Source: a bacterium
GTDB taxonomy: Bacteria > UBA8248
NCBI GenBank assembly: GCA_963692865.2
Contig: OY843592.1
Coordinates: forward strand, 3,680,001-3,744,000
Length of the DNA: 64,000 nt
Reading direction: 5' to 3'
Both the position numbers and the translations under genes were made by a program. The first letter of the stretch is position 1. The number at the start of each line of letters is the position of its first letter. The notes under the pieces were generated by a model. The model made no database searches, was not told the origin of the DNA, and saw nothing but the letters and a program-made list of their open reading frames with translations. Shown here piece after piece: positions 29,151 to 39,590 of the stretch.

Positions 29151-31076
29151 TCAAGCAATCGCCGGACGATGGGCGTCCAGCATTTCCCGCAACCAAAGCT
29201 CCGAAACCGTTAGAAACCAAATAAGAGGGTATGCGGATTTCCCTTCCTTGAAACGGGTATACAGCCTGCGCACCTCTTTGGGCGAGAAAATCCCTCTTCT
29301 GCGAAGCGATTCTTCGCTCAGCGCGTCCTCCATGATTTCGCGTAAATCCTCTTTCATCCACATCGCCATCGGAAGGACGAAACCCTGTTTTCTCCTGGCG
29401 GAAATCTCGGGAGGAATGACGTCACGAAGCGACGCCTTGAGCAACCTCTTCGGATGTCCCCATTTCTTCTCCCACCCGGGCGGCAGGCCGCAGACGAATT
29501 CCACGACGTGATGGTCGACGAACGGCACCCGCACCTCCAGAGAATGGGCCATGCTCATCACGTCGGTATCCCGCAAGGTTCTCCATTCCATGTACACTTG
29601 CATTTCGAGTTCGCTCAGGATGCGCCAAGGTCTCTCGCCGGAACGGACCAGCGAGACAAGGAGCGCGAAAATATCCTCATCCGCCTTGCGCTCGCGAAAA
29701 TGGGCCTGCAGTTGCGGGGAATACAAAGTTTTCTTCTCCTCGGGCCACGTCAAAAGACGCGCCAGGGCATACAACCCCATCGGCGATTCCACCCATTGCA
29801 GCCGGCGGAGTTTTTCGATGCGCTCCGAAGACATATTCGGGCCGAAGCGGAGCATTTGCGAGACGAACGCCACGAGAGTTTTTCTCGCCGCCAAAGGCAA
29901 CTTTCCCCACATGGCCGACAATCGCCACAAAGGGGGTATGAGGCGAAACGAGTCGTACCCGCCGAAAAGCTCATCCGCCCCGAGACCGGACAAGGCGACG
30001 GTGACGCCGTCTTGTTTCGCCGCTTGAGACACGAGATAGGCGTTGACCCCATCGAAGCCGGGCTGATCCAGATGCCGCACGATGCGGGGAAGCTCCTCCG
30101 CCACTTTTGAGCCTTTGATCACGAACTCCAAGTGGCGCGTCGAGAATGACTGGGCCGCCGCTCTCGCATATCGCCTCTCATCACAGCCTTGCGGGACGTC
30201 ATCGAAACCGACCGAATATGTCCTCACGGGTTCATCCGCCCGACGCGACATCAGCCCCACAATCGCCGAAGAATCCATGCCGCCGCTCAAAAAAGCTCCT
30301 GAGGGAACATCGCTTATCTGGTGCAGTTCGACGCTTTCCTCCAGCAAGCCGCGCAGCCGGGGAAGGATTTCCTCATCGGCGCATCGCGTCGTTCCGGCGG
30401 GCGGGGGCTCCCACCACCGTTCTATGAATACCCCTTTTTCCGTAATGCGCATCCGGTGCCCCGGAGGCAAGGCCTTCACGCCTCTCATCAACGTGCGTGG
30501 GCCGGGAACAAAGCCCAGGGAAAGGCTGAGGTCGAGAGAATTCAGGTCGAGTTCGGGGCGGATTAGACCGCTTCTCACCAGCGCCCCCACCTCCGAGGCG
30601 AACGCCCATCCACCCGCGGTCGGCGCGTAGTACAGGGGTTTGACCCCGAGCCGGTCGCGCGTCAAAAGCAAGACTCGCCGCCCGGCGTCCACGACCGCGA
30701 ATGCGAACATGCCCCTTAAAAAACGGCAGCACTCATCCCCTTTCTCCTCGTAGAGGCGCAGAAGAACTTCCGTATCGGAACGCGATCTGAAGGCGTGGCC
30801 GCGACCCGCCAAATACTCTCTCAACCGCCTGAAATTGTAGATTTCCCCGTTCAATGCAATGCAGATTCTCTCATCTTCCGTGGTCATCGGTTGTTTCGCC
30901 GCCGAACCCGGCTCGATAACGCTCAGACGCCTCACACCGACGCAGGTTGCGCCGAAACGCCAAAACCCCACGTCGTCGGGGCCGCGATGCGTCATTGCGT
31001 CACACATCCGCGCTACGCCCTCCTCCAGCGAAGACGGCGAGAGTTCGGTCGAGGTAATTCCGCAAATTCCGCACAT
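29151..31076 (-). CDS. asnB: second asparagine synthase-like amidotransferase
   Basis: MCGICG, HRGPD, NGEIYN, LSGGMDSS, SGLGADELFGGY. Confidence 0.93.
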   Translation of the reverse strand: MCGICGITSTELSPSSLEEGVARMCDAMTHRGPDDVGFWRFGATCVGVRRLSVIEPGSAAKQPMTTEDERICIALNGEIYNFRRLREYLAGRGHAFRSRSDTEVLLRLYEEKGDECCRFLRGMFAFAVVDAGRRVLLLTRDRLGVKPLYYAPTAGGWAFASEVGALVRSGLIRPELDLNSLDLSLSLGFVPGPRTLMRGVKALPPGHRMRITEKGVFIERWWEPPPAGTTRCADEEILPRLRGLLEESVELHQISDVPSGAFLSGGMDSSAIVGLMSRRADEPVRTYSVGFDDVPQGCDERRYARAAAQSFSTRHLEFVIKGSKVAEELPRIVRHLDQPGFDGVNAYLVSQAAKQDGVTVALSGLGADELFGGYDSFRLIPPLWRLSAMWGKLPLAARKTLVAFVSQMLRFGPNMSSERIEKLRRLQWVESPMGLYALARLLTWPEEKKTLYSPQLQAHFRERKADEDIFALLVSLVRSGERPWRILSELEMQVYMEWRTLRDTDVMSMAHSLEVRVPFVDHHVVEFVCGLPPGWEKKWGHPKRLLKASLRDVIPPEISARRKQGFVLPMAMWMKEDLREIMEDALSEESLRRRGIFSPKEVRRLYTRFKEGKSAYPLIWFLTVSELWLREMLDAHRPAIA

Positions 31077-31187
31077 ATGGTCATCGGCCTTCTTTTTACC
31101 GGCAAAGAAATCCATATCGCCCTATGATGGCGACGAATCCCGAGCCCGATGAGAATCGAAGCGCCAAGGGAATTTCACCAAGTCGCC

Positions 31188-32951
31188 TTACGACTGTAAT
31201 TCCACGAATTTTCTGTATCGGCCTTCCATCCGCATGAGAGCGGGGTGGTCTCCTTCCTCTACGATTCTTCCGCCTTCAAGAACCAGAATCTTGTCCGCAT
31301 CTCTTATCGTGGAAAGACGATGCGCGACGATGAGTATGGTCATTCGCCCGCCGAGATTCCGCACGGCCTTCCGGATGAGGCGCTCGAACCCGCTATCGAG
31401 CGAACTCGTCGCTTCGTCCAACACCAGTATCCGGGGAGAACGCACCAGGGCTCTCGCGAGGGCCAGACGCTGTTTCTGGCCCCCGGACAACTTGAATCCC
31501 CGGTTTCCGATGATCGTCCGGTACCCCTCGGGCAACCGGATGATGAATTCATGCGCATAAGCGATTTCCGCAGCTTTTTGCACCTGCCCTTCATCCGCGC
31601 TCAAGTTTCCATAGCGGATGTTGTTGTAAACCGTGTCGTTGAAGAGATAGGGGTCCTGTTCCACCACCCCGGTCCGGCTTCGCCATTCACTCGCGGACAC
31701 GTCCCTCAAATCCACGTCATCGACGTAAATGACGCCTTGCGCCGGATCGTGAAGACGCAAGAACAAATCGACGAAAGTCGTCTTCCCGCTCCCCGAGGAA
31801 CCCACGAGCGCCGTCGTCGTATCCTTTTCGATCGATGCGTTTACTCCGCTCAGCGCATCACTTTGCGCACCCGGATAAGCGAAAGACACGTTTTCGAACC
31901 GGACACCACTTTTCAGAGAACCGAACGAGGCGACTCCCTCCGGCAAGCACTCCCGGTTTTCGCCTTCTGCGTATTCGCGAACTCTCGCCAGGTGGGGGGC
32001 GAATTCGCTCACGATGAGCCAATAGTTGCCTATCAGCTTGAGCTTGGGGAGAACCTGCAAAAAGATCGCCAAAAACACGGTGAGGGTGAAAAAGGGAATT
32101 TCCAGAAATTCGACTGAAACGACCAAGCAGAAAACCATCATCAAAAAAATCAGCGGCTCGTAGAAGAACGACGCGACGATTCTGTTGTCCATGACCTGGA
32201 CACTCACCCTGCGATAGCCTCTCGCTCGCATCGTGTAGTGTTCGATGTGGTGCGTGAGGTTTCCAAACACCTTCACCGTCTTGATTCCCGAGAAAACATC
32301 GTGAAGATAGGAGCTGACGTCTTCCACGCCCTGTGATTCTTTCGCTCCCTCCGCATAGGCCTTCCGAAACCATGGAAGCAGGAAAAACCAGGAGATCGAA
32401 GTGAGTCCCAAGACCAGAAGACTCAGCGAAAAAGAAACCATCAGATTCAGAATCAAATACAAGACACAGAAGAAAACTGCGTTCGTGATGAGCATCACGT
32501 GCTCGAATAGAAAACCGCAATTGTTCGCAGAGGTGAATTGAACACTGACGAGATCACCGATTTTTTTCCGGTAGAAAACCGAGAGTGGGAGATTTATGAG
32601 GTTTCGGAAGATTCTTTCTCTCATTTCGCACGCGATTCTCGAACTCAGCACCCGCGCAAAGCGCATGGAGATCGCAACCAGGGCGTATTTGACCAGCATG
32701 GCGAACGTGAACAGAGCGATGAGATTGAGGAGTGAAAACTCCAGGCCGACGACGCCGAATCCCCACTCGGCGTACGCCGTGAGAATGTGGTTCGTTTCGA
32801 TGCCCTGAATCGCCTGAAATATGGGCATCAGCAGTCCCAAGCCGATACTTTCGAAAATCGTCGCCAAAATGAGGATGAGCAAGTACAAGAACAGAAACTC
32901 CTTGTACTCCCGCGCGACGGCCAGAATATCCCTTTGCTTATCGTTCCACAT
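31188..32951 (-). CDS. ABC transporter, fused permease/ATPase (PglK/MsbA-like glycan flippase)
   Basis: N-terminal TM domain; GSSGSGKT, LSGGQKQR, DEATS, AHRLST. Confidence 0.9.
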   Translation of the reverse strand: MWNDKQRDILAVAREYKEFLFLYLLILILATIFESIGLGLLMPIFQAIQGIETNHILTAYAEWGFGVVGLEFSLLNLIALFTFAMLVKYALVAISMRFARVLSSRIACEMRERIFRNLINLPLSVFYRKKIGDLVSVQFTSANNCGFLFEHVMLITNAVFFCVLYLILNLMVSFSLSLLVLGLTSISWFFLLPWFRKAYAEGAKESQGVEDVSSYLHDVFSGIKTVKVFGNLTHHIEHYTMRARGYRRVSVQVMDNRIVASFFYEPLIFLMMVFCLVVSVEFLEIPFFTLTVFLAIFLQVLPKLKLIGNYWLIVSEFAPHLARVREYAEGENRECLPEGVASFGSLKSGVRFENVSFAYPGAQSDALSGVNASIEKDTTTALVGSSGSGKTTFVDLFLRLHDPAQGVIYVDDVDLRDVSASEWRSRTGVVEQDPYLFNDTVYNNIRYGNLSADEGQVQKAAEIAYAHEFIIRLPEGYRTIIGNRGFKLSGGQKQRLALARALVRSPRILVLDEATSSLDSGFERLIRKAVRNLGGRMTILIVAHRLSTIRDADKILVLEGGRIVEEGDHPALMRMEGRYRKFVELQS

Positions 32952-33152
32952 ACGGCTTCTTTGGCTTAAGCCGGAAATTGCCCGAAAACACGAACGATTT
33001 CATCTGGTCGAACCCCCCGGACGCATCAAGAGAATCACTCGATGCGTCTCGCAGGCTACGCCATGCGCTTCATTCTCATTCGCTTCCGGGCCGGGTCGAT
33101 ATCTCCGGAACTTTGCCTCGTGGTGGGTCTGTTCTATCTCGTGGAATGGCGT

Positions 33153-34559
33153 TCATGGACTCCGAATATCGGCGAGTTTATCAGACGGAGACGTTTGCAT
33201 CCACTCGGCCGCTATTTTCTCAGCCAACCAGAAACCATACTCGGAATTGATTCTCACGCTTTCCTCCGGGAGCATCGTGATGTGCCCTATTCTTTCTCCC
33301 GGAAATTTTCCGGCTAGAATCGTGTCCGACCGGCTCAGGTAGATCGCGCCGTTTTCCCTGAACAGCGCCTTTCTCTCCAGACGCAGCGTTCTCTGGCGAG
33401 AACCGTTGACTGGTGTGAGTCCGTTTTTCCCGTGATGATAGAAAAACGAAGTATCCTCGGTAATGGCTATCACGGAATCGACATTGAAAATCGTCATGGT
33501 ATCCACGGCTTCATCGATGTGCCTGCCCCTGCGAAAAGGGGTGTCTACGTAGCATACGCATACGGCGTCGGGAACGTATCCCCGCTCCCCCAGCGTCCTC
33601 AAAACATGAAGCGCCGTATCCTCCATCATGGCAGTCCGTTTCGCCGGCGCTTGGGGTCTGAGGAGTCCGTCCACTCCCTCGAAGCGCTCCGCATAGGCCA
33701 ATACATCTTCATCGTTTGAGAATACGACTGTCCTGTCGACGGAACACGCTTCCACGATTTGCTCCAGCGTTCGCCCCAGCAGCGGTTTTCCCATGAACTG
33801 CGTAAAAGGATTCTCGAGTTCGAATCCCGCATCCACGACGACGGGAACGAGCGCCAACACTCTCGGTTTGCGGGAGAGGTTCATCTCCTCCACTACCCGC
33901 CTTTTGATTTTGCAGCGCGTCTCCAGGAGAAGCCCTTGGGACTTCGACAAACCCTCGCCGTGGCGACGATAATAGAACAGGGGCAGGTTCACATTGTAGG
34001 GACGATGCCGTTCAATGAATTTCAACCACATGCCACAGCCGTCCTGTCGATCGAACTCCTCGAAATAACCTCCTATTTCCAGCAAAACTTCCTTGCGGAT
34101 CATGGTGCATGCGCCATGGGCCGGAATATCCAGCAAATCGACTTCTTCTCCTATCTTCTGGCGACGGACGATTTCGGTGATCTCTCCATCCTCGTCCACG
34201 TGATAATAATCCGGATACACCAAGCCCACGCCGGGCTTCGCGTCCAGGACATGGGAGAGGATCAACAAAATGTTCTCGTCCAGGAAATCATCTGCATCCA
34301 GCCGCATGAGGTATTCACCCTCGGCGATGCGCAAGGCGATATTGTTCGTGATATTCAAGCCCTTGTTCTCTTGCTCGAGAATGCGAATCTTGGGATGGGT
34401 TCTATAAGATTTGAGTATCTCCGGAGTGTTGTCGGTCGATCCGTCATCAATAACGATCAACTCCCAGTCGGCCATGGTCTGCTCTAGCACGCTTCGTATC
34501 GCGGCATCGAGAAAACGACCGTAGTTGTAAGCAGGGATGTACACCGTGACTTTAGGCAT
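33153..34559 (-). CDS. GT2 glycosyltransferase fused to a cytidylyltransferase-like domain
   Basis: N-half DDGSTD, RLDADD; C-half GKPLL, TPFR, RENGAIY, INSEYGF (NeuA-like). Confidence 0.85.
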   Translation of the reverse strand: MPKVTVYIPAYNYGRFLDAAIRSVLEQTMADWELIVIDDGSTDNTPEILKSYRTHPKIRILEQENKGLNITNNIALRIAEGEYLMRLDADDFLDENILLILSHVLDAKPGVGLVYPDYYHVDEDGEITEIVRRQKIGEEVDLLDIPAHGACTMIRKEVLLEIGGYFEEFDRQDGCGMWLKFIERHRPYNVNLPLFYYRRHGEGLSKSQGLLLETRCKIKRRVVEEMNLSRKPRVLALVPVVVDAGFELENPFTQFMGKPLLGRTLEQIVEACSVDRTVVFSNDEDVLAYAERFEGVDGLLRPQAPAKRTAMMEDTALHVLRTLGERGYVPDAVCVCYVDTPFRRGRHIDEAVDTMTIFNVDSVIAITEDTSFFYHHGKNGLTPVNGSRQRTLRLERKALFRENGAIYLSRSDTILAGKFPGERIGHITMLPEESVRINSEYGFWLAEKIAAEWMQTSPSDKLADIRSP

Positions 34560-34598
34560 GACGTATCGACTCGAATGGCATAAACCCCGATTCCACGA

Positions 34599-36191
34599 TC
34601 ACTCCACCATGTCCATCGTGAGAGCCTGATCCTCTCGGATATCCGTTTTCGCCCGTTTGCCGATCAACGCATCCATCATCCAACCGGGAAGGCCGTCGGC
34701 GGGCCGCTTCATGCCCAACATCGAAGATTCGATGCTCTCCCCACGCCGAATGTCCCGCTCGGCGACGATGCTGCGCCGCGCGCCGTTTCGCGCGCCGCTT
34801 TCCGCTTCTGCGACTCCTAATGCGCCGTCGCCCAAAGCGCTCTCCGCAAGGCGAACATTTTGCACCATCTTTTTCAAATCTTTCGGGTCCATCGAAAAGA
34901 AATGCCCCGAGCCGCTCAGGCTCCGGTCCAGTGTGTAGTGTTTTTCGAGAACCTTTGCGCCCAGCGCCACGCCCAGAGCGGGTATGACCATGTGTTCGTC
35001 CGGCTCGGTATGGTCGGACAAACCGACGATGAGGCCACGATACTTTTCCTTCAAAGTGCGGATTCGAAGGAGGTTCGCCTCTTCGTTCGCAGCCGGATAG
35101 CTCAAGGTGCAGGCCATGAGGATGAGTTGCTGGTTGCCCGTGGTGAAAATGGCGGAGATAGCCCGCTCGATCTCCGCCACGGTCGAACCGCCGGTCGAAA
35201 GAATAACGGGCTTGCCGAAACCCGCCACGCGCTTGAGCAACCGACCGTCAGGGAGGTCGCACGAGGCAATCTTGAAGAGTGGCGCGCCCAAATCGTTCAG
35301 TATCTCGGCGCTTTCTACGTCGAAGGGCGTGGAAAACGTGATGACGCCCTTCTCGTGGCCATGCTTGATAAGCGCTTCATATTCGGGCGCGCCGAAGCGA
35401 TCCAGTTTCCGATAATACTCGATTTGCGGAATCCGCTTTCCCCGCCAGTAGGTCATCGCCCCTTTGCGCGTCAGGCGCTCCGCCTTGTAGGTCTGGAACT
35501 TGATCGCATCCGCCCCGGCATCGGCGGCGAGGTCAATCATTTCCTTGGCGGTTTGAACGTCACACATGTGATTGCAGGCGGCTTCGGCGATCACGAAGGT
35601 GGGATGTCCTGCGCCTATCATCTTGCCGCCGACGGCGATTTCCTTTGAGTATGGACTAATCTCCTGCGCGGCCATGGCGAAGTCGAACGCGGAGTGGATG
35701 TTGGTGCAATCATCCTGAACGATGGAGGCGCACAGAGGCGGATCCGCCGTCAACGCCCTCATGCTCATGATGCGGAGTGCTCCGTTTCGCTTGCCGTGGC
35801 GGTCCACCGTGCACAAATCGTCTATTCCATTGTTCTCGACGTATTCCAACAGGGCGTCCAGGTCGCTTTTTCTGCTCGGATGATCGGGCTGAACCCCAAC
35901 GAGAAAAGAAATGTTCTCACGGCCCAATTTCTCTGCAACGTCCCGGTAGACTTCGATGAGCGGCGCTTCACCGCTCAACTCCGGGCCACGCAAATGAACC
36001 TTCGCGCCGTTTCGCCCGGCGATTTCGGCGACTTCCTCCGAATCGGTGGATACGATGATCTTGTCCACGCTCTTGAATCCACCGGCGTAACGTATCGCAT
36101 GCGCCAACAAAGAAACCCCATCTATTTCCAGCAAATTCTTGTCCGCCAGACGACTCGAATGCCGTTTGGCCGGAATGACGGCGACGATCAC
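34599..36191 (-). CDS. cytidylyltransferase-NeuB (nonulosonic acid synthase)-SAF fusion
   Basis: VIPAKRHSSRLADKN; IAEAACNH, KFQT, STPFD, KIAS, SDHT, EKHYT; C-terminal RRSIVA...KRP SAF domain. Confidence 0.9.
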   Translation of the reverse strand: MIVAVIPAKRHSSRLADKNLLEIDGVSLLAHAIRYAGGFKSVDKIIVSTDSEEVAEIAGRNGAKVHLRGPELSGEAPLIEVYRDVAEKLGRENISFLVGVQPDHPSRKSDLDALLEYVENNGIDDLCTVDRHGKRNGALRIMSMRALTADPPLCASIVQDDCTNIHSAFDFAMAAQEISPYSKEIAVGGKMIGAGHPTFVIAEAACNHMCDVQTAKEMIDLAADAGADAIKFQTYKAERLTRKGAMTYWRGKRIPQIEYYRKLDRFGAPEYEALIKHGHEKGVITFSTPFDVESAEILNDLGAPLFKIASCDLPDGRLLKRVAGFGKPVILSTGGSTVAEIERAISAIFTTGNQQLILMACTLSYPAANEEANLLRIRTLKEKYRGLIVGLSDHTEPDEHMVIPALGVALGAKVLEKHYTLDRSLSGSGHFFSMDPKDLKKMVQNVRLAESALGDGALGVAEAESGARNGARRSIVAERDIRRGESIESSMLGMKRPADGLPGWMMDALIGKRAKTDIREDQALTMDMVE

Positions 36192-37483
36192 CTCCCCTTC
36201 CCCCTCGTTTTCATGCCGGGAATCACGGGCAGGATTTGTCCCGCCTGCCGAAGCACGATGACTTTCGAATCCGGTCCCGAAGAATCCAGAGCGGCATCGA
36301 CCGCCGCCCCTATCGATTCTGACCAGCCGAGCCCCATTCTCTCCGCCTCTTCGCGACCGATATTTGGAGAAACCAACACGCCTTTCACACGCCCGGAGAT
36401 GATTCTTCCGATGGCGACCAGCGTGTAGGCCAGGAGTTTTTCACGAAATTCGCCCGCTTCGACCTTGCAGTAAAGCGCGTCGGGGTCTTTGAATCCATAA
36501 CGCTCGAAATTCGGGAATTGTGGCGAAACGCCCTCCCGGCACTCCGCTGCCAGGATGATCACCCCGCCATCGCGGCAGACGACGTCCCCCGCGCACACAG
36601 CCTTGATGGCCTGACGCAAATCGATGTCGGAGGGGAAGGCTTCCGCGACGACGACTTCCGCCTTCTCAGGGATCGACGCGCCGTATAGTTTCAGGCATCG
36701 CCCACAGCCCGCCTCGTGGGCTATTTCCACGTCTCCGGCAACGGCGTCGTAGATTCTTCTTTCATCCATCATGATCGTGTTGACGATGAAGCGCAGTCCC
36801 GCCCGGCGTGCAACGCGAACGAACGCTTCCCTCACCCTGTTGTCGAAGTTGCCGAGAATTTCGCTCATCTCATAATCCAGAGCGGCCCAGTGAGTCGCCT
36901 CTATCGTGGCCTCGCCGCAAATGCCGGGCATCACGCTCTTCGCCCCGCCGGAGAAACCCGCCGTCGCATGGGGGATGATACTGCCGACGGATATAACGAG
37001 ATCCGTCCCCAGGATTTCCCGGTTCATCAACACGTCGAAGCCCAGCGCGCTCCTTCCCAATGAAGTCATTCTGGCGGGATTTTTCCACTCGTGGTTGAGA
37101 ATCTCGAATCGCGCGGCCAGATCGTCGCCGAACTTGCGCCTTATCTCCTCATCCGTCATCGCGCGGTGCGTGCCCAGGCCGATCAGGATACGGACCGAGG
37201 AATCGGGGACGCCCACCTCGGCGAGTTCTTCCAGAATGAGGGGGAGCACGCGATGAAGCGGGGTATGGCGCGTGTTGTCGTCGGTGACGATCAACACCCT
37301 TTCGGCGCTTTTGGAAATCTCCCGAAGAGGGGGAGCGCCGATCGGGTTTCGAATCCGCTCTCTGAGGACTTCGTCGTCAAGACCCTTGCCTTTCAGAGGG
37401 GCGGGGCCATAGACGCCCACTAGCCGTCCATCTTCGACTTCGAAGTCGTCGAATAGATTATTTGTCAGTGATATTTTGGCCAT
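36188..37483 (-). CDS. nickel-pincer-dependent LarA (lactate racemase) family protein
   Basis: DDNTR, GLGTHR, NH, PHATAGFSGGAKS, EATH, DLRQAIK. Confidence 0.9.
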   Translation of the reverse strand: MAKISLTNNLFDDFEVEDGRLVGVYGPAPLKGKGLDDEVLRERIRNPIGAPPLREISKSAERVLIVTDDNTRHTPLHRVLPLILEELAEVGVPDSSVRILIGLGTHRAMTDEEIRRKFGDDLAARFEILNHEWKNPARMTSLGRSALGFDVLMNREILGTDLVISVGSIIPHATAGFSGGAKSVMPGICGEATIEATHWAALDYEMSEILGNFDNRVREAFVRVARRAGLRFIVNTIMMDERRIYDAVAGDVEIAHEAGCGRCLKLYGASIPEKAEVVVAEAFPSDIDLRQAIKAVCAGDVVCRDGGVIILAAECREGVSPQFPNFERYGFKDPDALYCKVEAGEFREKLLAYTLVAIGRIISGRVKGVLVSPNIGREEAERMGLGWSESIGAAVDAALDSSGPDSKVIVLRQAGQILPVIPGMKTRGKGR

Positions 37484-39369
37484 CAGCCCGTTCCCGCCTC
37501 ATCGTTTCGCCACAATTCGGAATCGGGGGATGAGAAAATATCCACCCATTCTGCGCGCCAGTTCTCGCTGCTCCTGTAATAACGACCCGCAAACTCGGCG
37601 ACGACTTCCCGCGTGCGTCCATCCTCCCACCACGAATCGACGTCGGGCCAGATGGCGTTCAGATGCTTCGCCGCGCCTTCGCCGGATGAATGGTGAACAC
37701 CTACGCTTGAGAGTTTTTTGAAGTATGGCGTGGCATGGCGTGAAACCCGCCAGGCGTTTTGATGGCCAAAGAAAAGGGTCGGAATGCGCGCCGCCATCGT
37801 GTAGGCCGCCGTCGTCCCCGGACGATCGAGAACGCAAACGCCGCACCCCGCCAATGCGGGCGAGAGCCTGCTCGGCATGTATCGCGCCAGTTTTCCATGA
37901 AGTATTTTCACGTCGGTATATCGTGTTTCGATATAGGCCTGATCGTAGCGGTTGTTTCTCCTGCGCATGTACGGCCTGTAAAACAAGGCGGATCGAGGCG
38001 CGTCGTCCAGGTGTTCTATGAAACTCGCTTTCTCCCGCATATAGTGCGGTATGTCTTCGGGAATGCAGTCCGCCGCCAGCCACTTGAGATGGGGGGTGAG
38101 TTCGGAGCTGACCAAAATGATGGACAGGCCACGTTTCTTGCTCCGCTTCATTTTCGAAAGAAAAGGAGAGGCCGCCGGCATGGCCCTTACCCGATAATCG
38201 GATTGGCGCCTCCATCCCCACGATATGAATCGATCGGCCGCCTCATACTCGGCCAGATGATGCCAGGGCGCCGATTCGATAACGCCGTAGTTTCCCCCAT
38301 GCTGATTGATGACCAGCTTTACGGGGCGTTTTTCGAGGAGAGCGGCCACGTAAAAATTCGATTGATCGTCATTTCCGAGATGACCATAGGCGATGGTGTC
38401 CGTCCAGGGCGCCGTCGCTCTCACCCTTGACAGCGCTTTTTTCTCGTTTTCCAGATAATGATCCGTGAAAACCTTCGGCATCGTCTCCGAAACGAGTCCA
38501 TCCAGAACACTCAGGAAAATCCCGGCCTCCCCACGCGATACGTCCAGAATCGATCGGAGTTCTCCAACCACGTCTTCTTTGGTAAGGCGCACGCTTTCCG
38601 CTTTCGGTGTTTCCCGAAACGACCTCGCGGCCTCCCCCCGGCGTCTTCCACCTCGAAACAGCATGCGCAAGGAAATACAAAGGGCATCCAGCGGACTCAG
38701 GCCAAGCACCTTATGAAATTGCACGCGCCCTATGTTGGAAGAGAGAATGCTCGTCCAGCGGTAGGCCTCCATTTTTCTTTGTACTTTCCTGAATATGGCG
38801 TAGTTTTCCGTTGGCGGCGCGCCGGATGAGTGGTTTGAGGAAAAATACGCATCTTCCGGGGCGGGCGCGCCGTCTTCCATCGTCCACCCCTGCGGCTCGT
38901 ATGCGCGGATGAACCTGCTGAAGATCAGCCGGTTCAATGGATCGTCGATCATCATCTGGTTGAAATGCGGTGTCGTGATGGATGAGAGAGTTTCATCGCG
39001 CGGCGCGAGATACACCAGATACGGAACCCCGCTCCTCACCCTGTTTCTGATGCGCAAAAACCGCTCGAAAGAGCACATGACGAGACTGGTGAGCCACGGC
39101 ATCAACAAGATGCGCCAGTAGCGATTCGAATAAGAGCGGTCGTGGCTTTCGTTTTGTCTCAAGGCCAATCGAGAGATGTAAAACTCACAAACCTTCTCCA
39201 GCCTTCTGGAAACGAAGTGAACCTCCTCGCTCCGAAGAGGCGGCTCGATTCCGTATTTCCTCCACTCCCACCCGAAAAACTTGGGCGCAGGGAGTGACCA
39301 GGGGCCCAGATGCTCGGTTCCCCTTTCATCCGGGATGGAATCGATTTTCGTCAAGATAAGTCGTTTCAT
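37483..39369 (-). CDS. LIC12162-family putative transferase
   Basis: HLGPW, YWRILLMPWL, QHGGNYG, FISWGW, PTLFF; start trimmed to exclude the tRNA. Confidence 0.75.
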   Translation of the reverse strand: MKRLILTKIDSIPDERGTEHLGPWSLPAPKFFGWEWRKYGIEPPLRSEEVHFVSRRLEKVCEFYISRLALRQNESHDRSYSNRYWRILLMPWLTSLVMCSFERFLRIRNRVRSGVPYLVYLAPRDETLSSITTPHFNQMMIDDPLNRLIFSRFIRAYEPQGWTMEDGAPAPEDAYFSSNHSSGAPPTENYAIFRKVQRKMEAYRWTSILSSNIGRVQFHKVLGLSPLDALCISLRMLFRGGRRRGEAARSFRETPKAESVRLTKEDVVGELRSILDVSRGEAGIFLSVLDGLVSETMPKVFTDHYLENEKKALSRVRATAPWTDTIAYGHLGNDDQSNFYVAALLEKRPVKLVINQHGGNYGVIESAPWHHLAEYEAADRFISWGWRRQSDYRVRAMPAASPFLSKMKRSKKRGLSIILVSSELTPHLKWLAADCIPEDIPHYMREKASFIEHLDDAPRSALFYRPYMRRRNNRYDQAYIETRYTDVKILHGKLARYMPSRLSPALAGCGVCVLDRPGTTAAYTMAARIPTLFFGHQNAWRVSRHATPYFKKLSSVGVHHSSGEGAAKHLNAIWPDVDSWWEDGRTREVVAEFAGRYYRSSENWRAEWVDIFSSPDSELWRNDEAGTG

Positions 39370-39512
39370 TCGTCGGGCGCTTTCCTCGCGCCTCATCGCA
39401 TACGCATGAGGCGCGGACGGAGCAACGGCGCTGATGACCGTCCCCCCAAGGCGCGCGTTGTTACACCCTCGCGCCGCCCGACTTGACGGGAAAGGAATAT
39501 GGGTGCTCTGGT

Positions 39513-39590
39513 TGGCGTCCCCAAGGGGATTCGAACCCCTGTTGCCGGCGTGAAAGGCCGGTGTCCTGGGCCAGGCTAGACGATGGGGAC
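39513..39590 (-). tRNA. tRNA-Glu (TTC)
   Basis: GTCCCCA...CCGGC-CTTTCAC-GCCGG...GTTCGAATC...TGGGGAC-GCCA; full cloverleaf with encoded CCA. Confidence 0.97.

Noticed and set aside
39513-39530. tRNA-Glu as the att site of an integrated island
   Set aside because: No duplicate of the tRNA 3' end and no integrase found by eye
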